Assembly (NCBI GenBank): GCA_963822795.1
Contig: CAWGJM010000045.1
Span: 58,497-122,496 of the forward strand
Direction: 5' to 3'
From: an uncultured Alphaproteobacteria bacterium
Lineage (GTDB): Bacteria > Pseudomonadota > Alphaproteobacteria > Rhizobiales > Xanthobacteraceae
DNA length: 64,000 nucleotides
Part shown: one piece after another, positions 25,085-34,297 of the stretch
Layout of the letters: each line of letters starts with the position of its first letter
Numbering within the stretch: position 1 is the first letter of the stretch
The notes under the pieces: generated by a model
Database searches by the model: none
Told to the model about the DNA's origin: nothing
Seen by the model: the letters and a program-made list of their open reading frames with translations, nothing else
Translations under genes and position numbers: made by a program

Positions 25085-26482
25085 GACATTTGATTCGCCT
25101 TCCGCGATTAATCGAGAGGCAAAATCGGGCAACAGCCCCGCGTTGCCGGCAAGACGAAAGCCGGCGTCGGCAAGGCCTGCATGGACTAACCAATTGTCGA
25201 ACTCCGGAGCCCGTTTAAGGCCAAAGAGATCGCGGACATAGAGCGCATCATGGAACGAAGTGGACTGGTAGTTCAACATCACGTCATCCGCTCCCGGAAC
25301 CCCCATGATGAAGGTCACGCCAGCCGCCGCCAGCAGCGTCAGCAGGTTGTCCATGTCGTCCTGATCGGCTTCGGCGTGGTTGGTGTAGCAGACGTCGACG
25401 CCGAGCGGGAGGCCGAGCAGCTTGCCGCAGAAATGATCCTCGAGCCCGGCCCGAATGATTTCCTTGCCGTCGTAGAGATATTCCGGACCGATGAAGCCGA
25501 CCACGCTGTTGACAAGAAGCGGATCGAAGGCACGCGCCACCGCGTAGGCGCGCGCTTCCAAGGTTTGCTGGTCAACGCCGTGATGGGCGTTGGCCGAGAG
25601 CGCCGAGCCCTGCCCGGTCTCGAAATACATGACATTGTTGCCGACCGTGCCGCGCTGCAGCGCGTGTCCGGCAGCCCGCGCTTCGCGCAGCAGCGCTAGA
25701 TCGATGCCGAAACTGCGATTGGCGGCCTCCGTGCCCGCGATCGACTGGAACACCAGATCGACCGGCGCGCCCTTCCCGATCAATTCGAGCGTGGTCGTCA
25801 CATGGGTCAAGACGCAGGCTTGGGTCGGGATTTCGAGCCGGGCGATGATCTCGTCGACCAGCCGCAACAGGTTGGCAATGACCGCGGGATCGTCGCTGGC
25901 CGGGTTGATGCCGATACAGGCGTCGCCCGAGCCCAGGAGGATGCCGTCGAGGATGGAAGCGGTGATGCCTCTCGCATCGTCGAAGGGATGATTGGGCTGC
26001 AGCCGCGCGCTCATCCGCCCGCGCAGCCCGATGGTGTTGCGAAATGCCGTGATCACCTCGCATTTCCTGGCAACCAGAATGAGGTCCTGGTTGCGCATCA
26101 GTTTTGATACGGCGGCGGCCATCTCCGGCGTGATCCCGCGCGACAGTTTCCTTAAGCCCTCGCAGGTCGCCGCATCCGACAACAGGAAGTCGCGAAACGA
26201 CCCGACGGTCAACGAGGCGATCGGGGCAAAGGCGGCCCCGTCATGGCCATCGACGATCAGGCGGGTGACCTCGTCGTCTTCATAGGGGATCACGGTTTGC
26301 TGCAGGAAGGCTTCAAGCGGAAGGTCGGCAAGCGCCATCCGCGCCGCGATCACCTGCTCGGCGCTGTCGGGGGCGATCCCCGCCAAGCGGTCGCCGGAGC
26401 GCGGCGGGGTCGCCTTGGCCAAGAGGTCGCGCAGATCGTCGAAGACATAGGACGTGGCATCGATGGTGTGGCGGTAGACCAT
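25082..26482 (-). CDS. eutB: Ethanolamine ammonia-lyase large (heavy) subunit
   Basis: 466-aa EutB-like sequence throughout (MVYRHTI...YVFDDLRDLLAKATP.RSGD..AG...). Confidence 0.9.
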   Translation of the reverse strand: MVYRHTIDATSYVFDDLRDLLAKATPPRSGDRLAGIAPDSAEQVIAARMALADLPLEAFLQQTVIPYEDDEVTRLIVDGHDGAAFAPIASLTVGSFRDFLLSDAATCEGLRKLSRGITPEMAAAVSKLMRNQDLILVARKCEVITAFRNTIGLRGRMSARLQPNHPFDDARGITASILDGILLGSGDACIGINPASDDPAVIANLLRLVDEIIARLEIPTQACVLTHVTTTLELIGKGAPVDLVFQSIAGTEAANRSFGIDLALLREARAAGHALQRGTVGNNVMYFETGQGSALSANAHHGVDQQTLEARAYAVARAFDPLLVNSVVGFIGPEYLYDGKEIIRAGLEDHFCGKLLGLPLGVDVCYTNHAEADQDDMDNLLTLLAAAGVTFIMGVPGADDVMLNYQSTSFHDALYVRDLFGLKRAPEFDNWLVHAGLADAGFRLAGNAGLLPDFASRLIAEGESNV

Positions 26483-26830
26483 GCTTGCTCCTGACCCGTC
26501 AGCGTCCCGGTGGGCGCGTCGTCTTGGTGCATTTTATCACCGCGGTGCGAAGACCATGCCGCCGATCGAACGACCAAAGCCGGTTTAGGAAACAGACTGT
26601 CCCGTACTTCTACGTAAACCTTTCTGCCCGGCCGCCGGGGGCCGGACCGAGCCTGCAACTATTGATTTCGATAGGCAATTTTTCCGTAAGTTGCATAATA
26701 CCGCTGTTCGCGCATTAATCCTTTGTCGATGAAAATATTAGATGATTTTCAGACGGCCGACGGCGCTTCACCGGCCTCGCGAGGGGGCCGTGTGCCTGAA
26801 ACCATAAGATCCCGAAACCGGTTTTCCATC

Positions 26831-28537
26831 ATGTCCATCGCGTCCCGTCTCTCGCTCGCAGCGAAGCTATATTCGATCTTTACCCTGTTTGCGGTCCTGA
26901 CCGCGGCAATTACCGCGCTCTCCGACTACAACTCGCGCCGCAACGCCGCGATCACCGAGGCGATCGAGACTGCCAATCTCGAGGCGTTGAACGTCGAGCG
27001 CGTGAACTCGCTGGTCTATGCGGTGGTGATGGAATCCCGCGGCGTCTACATGTCGACGGACCAGGCCGTGGTGAGGAAGTACGGCGACGGGCTGCTCAAG
27101 TTCAACGATCAGATCCTCGCCGTGGTCAAGAAGTGGGAGTCGATCGTCCAGGTCGACGACGCCGAGCAGTTCTCAACCTTCAAGAAGCGCATCGAGCAGT
27201 TCGTCGAGTTCCGCAAGGAACTGGTCCGCCGCGCCAACGAGATCAGCCCTGCCGCGGGCCGCGAGTGGGGCGACAACGACGCCAACCGTGCCGTTCGCTC
27301 CTCCCTCAACAAGGACCTCGAGGCGCTGTCCAAGGTCTACACCGAGCGCGGCAAGAAGATCGCGCAGGAGGCCGCGACCAACCGCGAGCTATCTTTCGTC
27401 CTGACCTGTCTCGGCGGCCTTGAACTCCTGCTGGTCATCATCGGGGTCGTGATCATCGCACGCTCGATCGCACGCCCGCTCTCGCTGATCACCTCGACCA
27501 TCAAGCAGGTTGCCGAAGGCGCCGAAGGTGTCGAGGTCCCGCACGCCGATCGCACCGACGAGATCGGCGCGCTGGCCCGGGCAATCCGTATCTTCCAGCA
27601 GGCGATGGACCACAACCGCAACCTCAACGCCCAGGTCTCGACCGAATCGAAGGCGCGCGAGGAGCGCAGCCGCCATATCGAGGCCTCGGTGGAAGAGTTC
27701 GGGCAGGCGATCGGGACCGCGTTGCGCGCGGTCACCGACAACGCGGCGGGAATGCGCAAAACCGCGCAAACCATCAGCCGCGTGACCTCGGACGCCAACG
27801 GGCGCGCGGAGACCGCCGCGGGCGCGACCACGCAGGCCTCCAACAACGTGTCCGCGGTCGCAGGCGCAGCGGAGGAATTGTCGGCCTCGGTCGCGGAGAT
27901 CGGCCGCCAGGTCCGCCAGTCGGCAAGCGCGGTCGAACAGACCGGACAGCGCACCGAGAAATCGATCGCCGAAATCGAAGGCCTTGCCGCGGCGACGCAA
28001 CGCATCGACGGCGTGCTTACGCTGATCCAGGCGATCGCCGAGCAGACCAACCTGTTGGCGCTGAACGCGACCATCGAGGCCGCGCGCGCCGGCGAGGCGG
28101 GCCGCGGTTTTGCCGTGGTCGCCCACGAGGTGAAGGCGCTGGCCGGGCAAACCGCCAAGGCGACCGAAGAAATCAGCCAGAACGTCGGCCTGATCCAGGC
28201 CTCGACCAAAAACGCCGTCGATGCCGTGCGCGAGATCGGCCACGCCGTGCGCGGCATCAACGACATCACCACGCACATTTCCGATGCGATCCACCAGCAA
28301 GACGCAGCGACCCGAGAAATCTCTGCCAACGCGCAATCGGCCGCGCAAGGCAACCAGACCCTGGTCGCCAATATCGGCTCGCTCCACGACGCCATCGGCG
28401 AAACCGGGACAGCCGCGGAATCGGTGCTCGCCGCTTCCGGCGATCTCGCCTCCACGGCGGACGCGCTGTCGCGCGAGGTGGAAAAATTCTTTCGCAATCT
28501 GCGCTCTGGCGGGGCGGAGCGGCAGAAGGTGGCGTGA
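26831..28537 (+). CDS. Methyl-accepting chemotaxis protein
   Basis: Two TM segments, a HAMP region, and the conserved signalling hairpin [35 protein letters not shown]. Start placed at the ATG at 26831. Confidence 0.9.
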   Translation: MSIASRLSLAAKLYSIFTLFAVLTAAITALSDYNSRRNAAITEAIETANLEALNVERVNSLVYAVVMESRGVYMSTDQAVVRKYGDGLLKFNDQILAVVKKWESIVQVDDAEQFSTFKKRIEQFVEFRKELVRRANEISPAAGREWGDNDANRAVRSSLNKDLEALSKVYTERGKKIAQEAATNRELSFVLTCLGGLELLLVIIGVVIIARSIARPLSLITSTIKQVAEGAEGVEVPHADRTDEIGALARAIRIFQQAMDHNRNLNAQVSTESKAREERSRHIEASVEEFGQAIGTALRAVTDNAAGMRKTAQTISRVTSDANGRAETAAGATTQASNNVSAVAGAAEELSASVAEIGRQVRQSASAVEQTGQRTEKSIAEIEGLAAATQRIDGVLTLIQAIAEQTNLLALNATIEAARAGEAGRGFAVVAHEVKALAGQTAKATEEISQNVGLIQASTKNAVDAVREIGHAVRGINDITTHISDAIHQQDAATREISANAQSAAQGNQTLVANIGSLHDAIGETGTAAESVLAASGDLASTADALSREVEKFFRNLRSGGAERQKVA

Positions 28538-28601
28538 GCGGAGCGAGCCGGCGTTCCCGGAAGTTGTGCGCCGAATGAAGATTAATTAAAGCTGTCGTCG
28601 T

Positions 28602-28652
28602 CCGCCACCGGGTCGGCGCATCGCGCCGCCCGAAGGCGAGACCCGGTGGCGG
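28602..28652. repeat. REP-like hairpin (13-bp perfect arms)
   Basis: CCGCCACCGGGTC (28602-28614) pairs with GACCCGGTGGCGG (28640-28652), downstream of the MCP gene. No T-run follows. Confidence 0.6.
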
Positions 28653-28675
28653 GGTATGACAGCTCGGCGTTGGCG

Positions 28676-28834
28676 CTAGAGAAGGCCGGCACTTAAATCC
28701 AGGCCATAGGTCATGCTGAGTATCCAAACCAGCAACGCCGCGCCGGCAAACATTGCAAGCTGCCTGAGTATCTCGAGTTTGAGAGATGAGTTGGCTGGAA
28801 AAGCGTACGCAAGAATTTTTACAAGAGCAGTCAT
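28676..28834 (-). CDS. Small hydrophobic protein (52 aa), below the ORF-track length cut-off
   Basis: Own translation: MTALVKILAYAFPANSSLKLEILRQLAMFAGAALLVWILSMTYGLDLSAGLL. An AGGTGA SD sits 5 nt before the ATG, and there is one predicted TM helix. Confidence 0.4.
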   Translation of the reverse strand: MTALVKILAYAFPANSSLKLEILRQLAMFAGAALLVWILSMTYGLDLSAGLL

Positions 28835-29185
28835 TTATCACCTGAGGTTCGATGTTTTTGCAAAAAGATTGGATTGCGAGCCGATTGCTTGGACGTGGTC
28901 GCGCACGCGGAGATTGAGGCTGAACGGTGGTGTCCTAAAATCAACTTCCGAATGTTGGTTTTGGTAAGATCAATCAATCATTGAAAAAAACGTCCGTGAC
29001 GCAGGCACATCTTGAATTCTAATTGTGGCGAATCGACAGCCGGATCGAGGCTGTGAGCGCGCCCGGCGGTTGGATCCTATCCGCTTGCCGCAACCTTTCA
29101 GGCCGCAGATCGCAAGGTGGATCAGCGATGATACTTCGCATCGCTCGGACAACCACGAGGCCCCGGTGTTCGTTTCCGGGCCTCG

Positions 29186-29229
29186 TCCTTCGAGACGCTT
29201 GCTCACGCAAGCTCCTCAGGATGAGGGGA
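29186..29229 (+). repeat. REP family A copy (tccttcgagacgc...ctcctcaggatgagggga)
   Basis: Shares both flanking cores with the copy at 57698-57740. The internal palindrome differs. Confidence 0.7.
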
Positions 29230-29450
29230 TAACGCAGGTTATGACGCCATAAGACCAACCCGCCCCACGCGCCGCTGCTCACTATTTCAAAATTCAAAAT
29301 CAAACGATACGCGACCTCGCGACAACCTCCCGGCGGCTCTCACGCCGCCGGGCCGCATGGCTGATCTCCTGCCAGGCGCTAGGTTGACCACAGCCAAGCT
29401 GATAGCGTTCTCGCTTCGGCGATCGAGTTTTTCGAATAAGGGGCGGCAGC

Positions 29451-30869
29451 ATGGACAACCGCAGCGACATTTGGCGAAGCGTTGACGCGATCAAGCCGCG
29501 TTTCATCGACTTGAGCGACAAGGTGTGGGCGATGCCCGAGATTTGCTACACCGAGGCGCGTTCCTCCGCCGAACATCTCGCCGAACTCTGCCATCAGGGT
29601 TTCCGCATCACGGAGAATGTCGCTGATATTCCCACCGCCTTGATGGGCGAATGGGGTGAAGCGGGCCCGGTCATCGCCTTCCTCGGCGAATACGATGCCC
29701 TGCCAGGCCTCAGTCAGGAGGCGGGCATAGCCGAGCCTCGCCCGCTCGAGGCAGGTGGCCACGGCCATGGCTGCGGCCACAATCTGCTCGGCTCGGCCGC
29801 ACTCCTCGCCGCCACGGCGCTGAAGGATTGGCTTGCCGCCAATAGGATGCCGGGACGCGTGCGCTATTACGGCTGCCCCGCGGAGGAAGGCGGCGCGGCG
29901 AAAGCCTTCATGGTGCGCTCAGGCGCCTTTGATGACGCCGATGTCGCCATCACCTGGCACCCCTCCAGCTTCTGGGAGGTGGTGGTGACGCCCTCGCTCG
30001 CCAACACGCGCGCCGATTTCATCTTCGCCGGGCGGACCTCGCATGCCGCTGTCTCGCCGCATCTCGGCCGCAGCGCGCTCGACGCGGTCGAATTGATGAA
30101 TGTCGGCGTGAACTACATGCGCGAGCACATGCCGAGCGACGCCCGCGTCCACTATGCGCTGCTCGACACCGGCGGCATTGCCCCCAACGTGGTGCAGGCG
30201 CATGCCCGCGTGCGCTATTCGATCCGTGCCCGCGACCTGCCCGGCATGAACGAATTGGTGGCGCGCGTCCACAAGATCGCGCAAGGCGCGGCGCTGATGA
30301 CCGAAACCGGGGTCGAGATGCGGATCATTTCCGCCGTCTCCAATCTGTTGCCCAACACCCCGCTCGAAGCAGCCCTGCTGCACGTCATGGAGGACCTTGG
30401 CCCGCCGCATTTCGACGACGCGGACAAGGCTTTCGCCGCCAAAATTCGTTCCACCCTAAGCGAGCAGGACATCGCCTCCGTCTATCGCGCGATTGGGATG
30501 GAGCCCACCGACCGGCCGCTGGCTGATTTCCTGGTGCCACTAGACGCCAGGCGCAACCCTCAGATCGGCTCGACCGATGTCGGCGATGTGAGCTGGGTGG
30601 TGCCGACCGTCCAGGTCCATGCCCCGACGGTCGCCATCGGCACCCCGTTCCATACCTGGCAAGTGGTGGCGCAGGGCAAGACCCCAGCCGCCCACAAAGC
30701 CATGGTGCAGGCCGCCAAGGCCATGGCCGGCCTCGGCGTCAAGGCGCTACTGGAGCCAGACCTGATCGCCGCCGCCAAGGCCGACTTGAACAAGCGCACG
30801 GCACGAACGCCTTATGTGAGCCCGCTCCCGGACAATGTGGCGCCGCCGCTGGAGATGTCGGTGGTGTGA
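29451..30869 (+). CDS. M20-family amidohydrolase, AbgB (aminobenzoyl-glutamate hydrolase subunit B)-like
   Basis: N-terminal region with ...LGEYDALPGLSQEAG..., typical of AbgB-like M20 peptidases. 472 aa. Confidence 0.75.
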   Translation: MDNRSDIWRSVDAIKPRFIDLSDKVWAMPEICYTEARSSAEHLAELCHQGFRITENVADIPTALMGEWGEAGPVIAFLGEYDALPGLSQEAGIAEPRPLEAGGHGHGCGHNLLGSAALLAATALKDWLAANRMPGRVRYYGCPAEEGGAAKAFMVRSGAFDDADVAITWHPSSFWEVVVTPSLANTRADFIFAGRTSHAAVSPHLGRSALDAVELMNVGVNYMREHMPSDARVHYALLDTGGIAPNVVQAHARVRYSIRARDLPGMNELVARVHKIAQGAALMTETGVEMRIISAVSNLLPNTPLEAALLHVMEDLGPPHFDDADKAFAAKIRSTLSEQDIASVYRAIGMEPTDRPLADFLVPLDARRNPQIGSTDVGDVSWVVPTVQVHAPTVAIGTPFHTWQVVAQGKTPAAHKAMVQAAKAMAGLGVKALLEPDLIAAAKADLNKRTARTPYVSPLPDNVAPPLEMSVV

Positions 30870-30879
30870 GCGGGGGGGA

Positions 30880-30912
30880 CGCGGATTTTCCCGCAAGGCG
30901 GGCCGCGTTTGA
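30880..30912 (+). terminator. Candidate intrinsic terminator after the amidohydrolase gene
   Basis: Nested stems ACGCGG...CCGCGT and CCCGC-AAG-GCGGG followed by TTTGAG...TTTT, starting 11 nt after the stop. Confidence 0.4.
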
Positions 30913-31066
30913 GCGAGTTTTGCCGTCGCATTGCCGAAGCAAAGTGCGCCGGAGGGCCCTTTTGCCTAAGCTTTTCGGCGCGCCTTAAAATATGCTCGTA
31001 CTCCAAAGAATTTTGAGATTCCGAAGCGTTTCCTTCTCTTTCTCGGTCAACGATCGCATCGAATAG

Positions 31067-31525
31067 CTAAGCTAGCCATTTCGGTGAGTAACCGACAAAA
31101 TCTTGTGAATGCTTCTCCCAAATGTCTCCGGCACGTATGCGATTCATGATCGAAAAAATCTTCCGCAGAAAGACGGTCGGAATCGCGAGATCCGCTATGT
31201 CGTCCCAACCATCGACTTGATCCCCTTTACAGACGAAATGGACGCCGACAATTGTCCTCGCATCCTCGAATCGCGAGAGAATTACAGAGATTCCTTTCTT
31301 ATTTTCATCCAAGAGATTCCGACCGCAAGTTTCACAGCAAATCTCGATTGTTTCGAAAAACAGTTCAGCGGGCTTAGGGTTTTCACGAGTCCAATTTTTG
31401 ATCGATTACGGAAAAAAACGCTCTGACAGCTTCAAGCCTTCGGAACTATCTAAGAGATATTTTTCAATCTGCTCCTGCGTCAGGAGCTGAAACTCAAAAA
31501 GTTGCTGTTGGAGACGCTCCTGTCA
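31067..31525 (-). pseudogene. Degraded gene remnant in the AT-richer islet
   Basis: Own translation: ...QERLQQQLFEFQLLTQEQIEKYLLDSSEGLKLSERFFP*SIKNWTRENPKPAELFFETIEICCETCGRNLLDENKKGISV...SPKWLA. There is an in-frame TAA and no in-frame ATG. The track shows only the last 81 codons (TTG start). Confidence 0.35.
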
Positions 31526-31580
31526 TGGGCGAAGCCGCATAAGGGCAAAGCCCGCGGCGCGATTGCGCCGAGCCAGATCG

Positions 31581-32762
31581 TCACCAAAGTTCCTCGTAGT
31601 CCGGAAACAGCCTCAGTGTCGCGTCGTAGCGCACCGGCGCGATCCAGGGCAGCGCCAGCCTGAATATTGCATTTGCAAGGGTCGACGTATGACGCGCATA
31701 GAGATCGATGGGATCGAGTCGATGCCTCATATGCAGCTTAGGATCATAGTTGAGGCCGCTGCTGCGAAACCATTTGTACCCGTTGCCGATCCCCCAGCTG
31801 ATCATGTCCCGAACCACGTAGTGATAGAGATGCAGTTCGATTGCAACGGCGTAATCGAAACCGACGTACTCCGCGTACAGCGAGTCTCCTTGCACCATGC
31901 AAAGGCTGAAGGCCACCAGCACATTTCCGCGACGCCAGGCGAAGAACCGGACCTTGTCGCTCATTCGCCGGCCGAGCTCGCGGAAAAAATCCTCGGACAG
32001 CTTCTCGAACTGCATGCTCGAGCGCGCGAACACCTGCAGATAGAGCGGATAAATCTCATCGACGAAACTTGCCGCATTGTCGGTGACGCTCATGTGAATG
32101 TCCGACACGCCGGCTGTCGCCGCGAGCTTCTTGCGCAGTTTCCTTCGCGTTGAGCTTTTCAGCGCCTTTTTCATGTAGGCGTCGAAGCTGTCATATCCGA
32201 TGTCGAGCATCGTCATCGGCATGCTCGGCGCACGCGCGAAGCCGCTTTGCACGAAGCAGTGAAGTACTTCGCGATAGCGAGACGGAAACTCCTTCAGCAC
32301 AACCAGTTGCGCCTTGAGCGATCTCGCCTGCTTTACGATGCCGTTCGACAGGGTTTCCGCGACGACGTCGGCAGAAAGAGTTTCAGTCGCTGCAAGGTGA
32401 GCTTCGCCCGCGGAACAACCAACCATTAACGCGCGCAGTTTGAGGAAACGCGGATAGAATCGTCGGACCTGCGAAATCCAATAACTGCGTTCAGCGCCAA
32501 GCCCTTCGAGAATATCCTGATCGACGAGGAAGAACGGTTGGATCGCTCGCACGTGGCCGTTGTTATCGACAATGGCAAAATATCGATGCTCGAAGTGACC
32601 GCGGAGCGTATCGTCCAGGATCTCGTAATATCGATAATCTTTTCGCTGGTCGGTGAAAGTAGAGGTCCAAGGCGCGCATTTGGACAATTCGGCACGCGAT
32701 ACAACGGCAATCGAGAACAATTCATGGCCCGCGCAGGAAACGCCCGGAATACTGGCGCTCAT
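31581..32762 (-). CDS. FemAB/BioF2-like GNAT-fold acyltransferase family protein
   Basis: 393 aa. The overall pattern (…FFAWRRGNVLVAFSLCMVQGDSLYAEYVGFDY…YHYVVRDMISWGIGNGYKWFRSSG) resembles Acetyltransf_6/FemAB-like proteins from memory. Start set at the ATG at 32760-32762 after a GGAG SD. GC content is visibly lower than in the neighbours. Confidence 0.5.
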   Translation of the reverse strand: MSASIPGVSCAGHELFSIAVVSRAELSKCAPWTSTFTDQRKDYRYYEILDDTLRGHFEHRYFAIVDNNGHVRAIQPFFLVDQDILEGLGAERSYWISQVRRFYPRFLKLRALMVGCSAGEAHLAATETLSADVVAETLSNGIVKQARSLKAQLVVLKEFPSRYREVLHCFVQSGFARAPSMPMTMLDIGYDSFDAYMKKALKSSTRRKLRKKLAATAGVSDIHMSVTDNAASFVDEIYPLYLQVFARSSMQFEKLSEDFFRELGRRMSDKVRFFAWRRGNVLVAFSLCMVQGDSLYAEYVGFDYAVAIELHLYHYVVRDMISWGIGNGYKWFRSSGLNYDPKLHMRHRLDPIDLYARHTSTLANAIFRLALPWIAPVRYDATLRLFPDYEELW

Positions 32763-33236
32763 CTCTTCACTCCGCAGGACTCCGGTTGATTTCATACCCC
32801 CACGCCGCGCCAACTATTTGCCGTCTTCTTCAGTTTCGACTGGGACGTGCAAGCAAGACACAACCCGTGCTGCAATTGAAAGACCAACAATGCGCGGCTT
32901 TTAAGGCTCGCGCTGAGAGCAGATTCGAACCGGCTGCGCCAACATGCCGCGGCGCGACCGTCGCGGCGACCTTCGCGCATCCGTCGCGACGAGTGATTTG
33001 CCCGTCGTCGGGCGACTCAGTTCAACTTTGCTCGATATCGTTTCGCGCGGACGGCTCCGGTCACCGGGGAGCGCGAAGTAATTGCGGCGTACCTGCGCGT
33101 GCTTTTTGTTGGACACGAGGCCGCGGGTGCAACGCGCACCCGGCATTCCTGCACCCTCTGATTTCTTTGGGCGGCAATCGTTTCGCAAAACTCGGACGCA
33201 TCGTGCCGCGAGAATGCGGAGCCGTGCTCTCTCGTC

Positions 33237-33277
33237 TCCCTCGCGCCGTTCTTGCAGGGAGAGGGCGGGGCGAGGTG
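33237..33277 (+). repeat. REP family B copy
   Basis: tccctcgcgccgttcttgcagggagagggcggggcgaggtg is near-identical to the reverse complement of 42910-42950. Confidence 0.7.
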
Positions 33278-33387
33278 ACTTCAAACGTTTCGTGCTTGGC
33301 TGTTTGAAAATTGAATCTGTAAACAACAGCGCGTACGGTGGGCAAAGCAACCTGTCCACCGTAGCTCAAAGAGCGAAGGCGGAAAGG

Positions 33388-33432
33388 CGTGCCCACCATT
33401 CGGGATGAGTTCGTCGATAGATGGTGGGCACG
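33388..33432. repeat. REP-like hairpin (12-bp arms CGTGCCCACCAT/ATGGTGGGCACG)
   Basis: Perfect 12-bp inverted repeat with a 21-nt loop. Related gggcaaag/tttgccc strings flank it. Confidence 0.6.
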
Positions 33433-33473
33433 GCCGCTAGATGCGCCTTTGCCCACCCTGCAGCTACAGCCGG

Positions 33474-33848
33474 CTATCTGCTGTAGATCACCGGCGCTCT
33501 TCGGAAGACCACGGGCGGCGGCGGCGCGATGTCGCGCTGCCAGACCCGGCCGTCGTCGAACTGGATGCGAATGCCGTCGGGTGAATAGACTGCGCCCTCG
33601 TCACGCGCATCGATCCAGATCCTGGAAGCCGGCGCCGACCAATCGGGCCAGGCGCGGTAGGAATCGCCCGTCTCGGTCACCAGGTTCAGATGTTCCCCGT
33701 TCTGAGTGATAAAGGCCGGAGCGCCCAGATAACCGTCCCGGCAATTCTGGATGCACCTGTAGGTACCGGTGAGGTTGATCGATTGCGCCGAGGCGCTGGT
33801 GGCGGCGAACGCGGCGACAGCGCCAACAACAAGCGGCAAATATCTCAT
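33474..33848 (-). CDS. Small secreted protein (124 aa), unknown function
   Basis: MRYLPLVVGAVAAFAATSASAQS signal, then INLTGTYRCIQNCRDGYLGAPAFITQNGEHLNLV... Only the last 124 codons of the 335-aa track ORF look like protein. Confidence 0.55.
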   Translation of the reverse strand: MRYLPLVVGAVAAFAATSASAQSINLTGTYRCIQNCRDGYLGAPAFITQNGEHLNLVTETGDSYRAWPDWSAPASRIWIDARDEGAVYSPDGIRIQFDDGRVWQRDIAPPPPVVFRRAPVIYSR

Positions 33849-33998
33849 CGGATCACTCCATCGCTTACAACATCGGATCAGCCCGGAAGAGCGGGCCTTT
33901 GGCGATGTAAAATCCTGACGCAGGCGTTTGTTCCTACCGGTTCGTACACCAGCTCGACGAGACCGAGAGTGTCGCGGGAATGTGAACGCAGGAGTTCC

Positions 33999-34114
33999 GT
34001 CATTGCGAGGAGCGTGAGCTCCAAAGCAATCCACTCTTCCTTTCCGCGGTAGGATGGATTGCTTCGCGGAGCCTGTCATCGGCGCGTTCGCGCGACCCGT
34101 TGGCTCGCAATGAC
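33999..34114. repeat. REP/MITE-like element with 11-bp terminal inverted repeats (GTCATTGCGAG...CTCGCAATGAC)
   Basis: Terminal IRs at 33999-34009 and 34104-34114, with an internal aagcaatcca/ggattgctt pairing. Confidence 0.7.
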
Positions 34115-34148
34115 GGGCGCGCCGTTTGAACATCAAATCAAAATCCAC

Positions 34149-34288
34149 GTCGTCCCGGACAAGCGAGTGAAACGAGCTCGATCCGGGACCCATACGCCGA
34201 GGCGGATGTTGTCTTGGCGAACCGGTTGACGGCTTTGTCAGGCGACCGACAGCGGTGGTTATGGGCCCCGGCGTTCGCCGGTGGCGAC
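34149..34288. repeat. REP family D element (gtcgtcccgg...gggacccata // tatgggccccggcgttcgccgg)
   Basis: The arms resemble those at 41117-41236. It ends 10 nt downstream of the transglutaminase operon stop (34298). Confidence 0.65.
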
Positions 34289-34297
34289 GAGATCGCC

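Noticed and set aside
26483-26830. Possible cobalamin riboswitch upstream of eutB, expected because both operon enzymes use B12
   Set aside because: I found no B12-box-like string or the characteristic conserved core on the minus strand, only a short GC hairpin. A covariance-model scan (Rfam cobalamin) would be decisive, and I could not run one.
32905-32940. gattcgaacc string resembling the reverse complement of a tRNA T-loop (possible tRNA or att-site remnant)
   Set aside because: The flanking 5-mers do not pair as a T-stem, and no acceptor or anticodon arms can be drawn. It is at most a fortuitous match.
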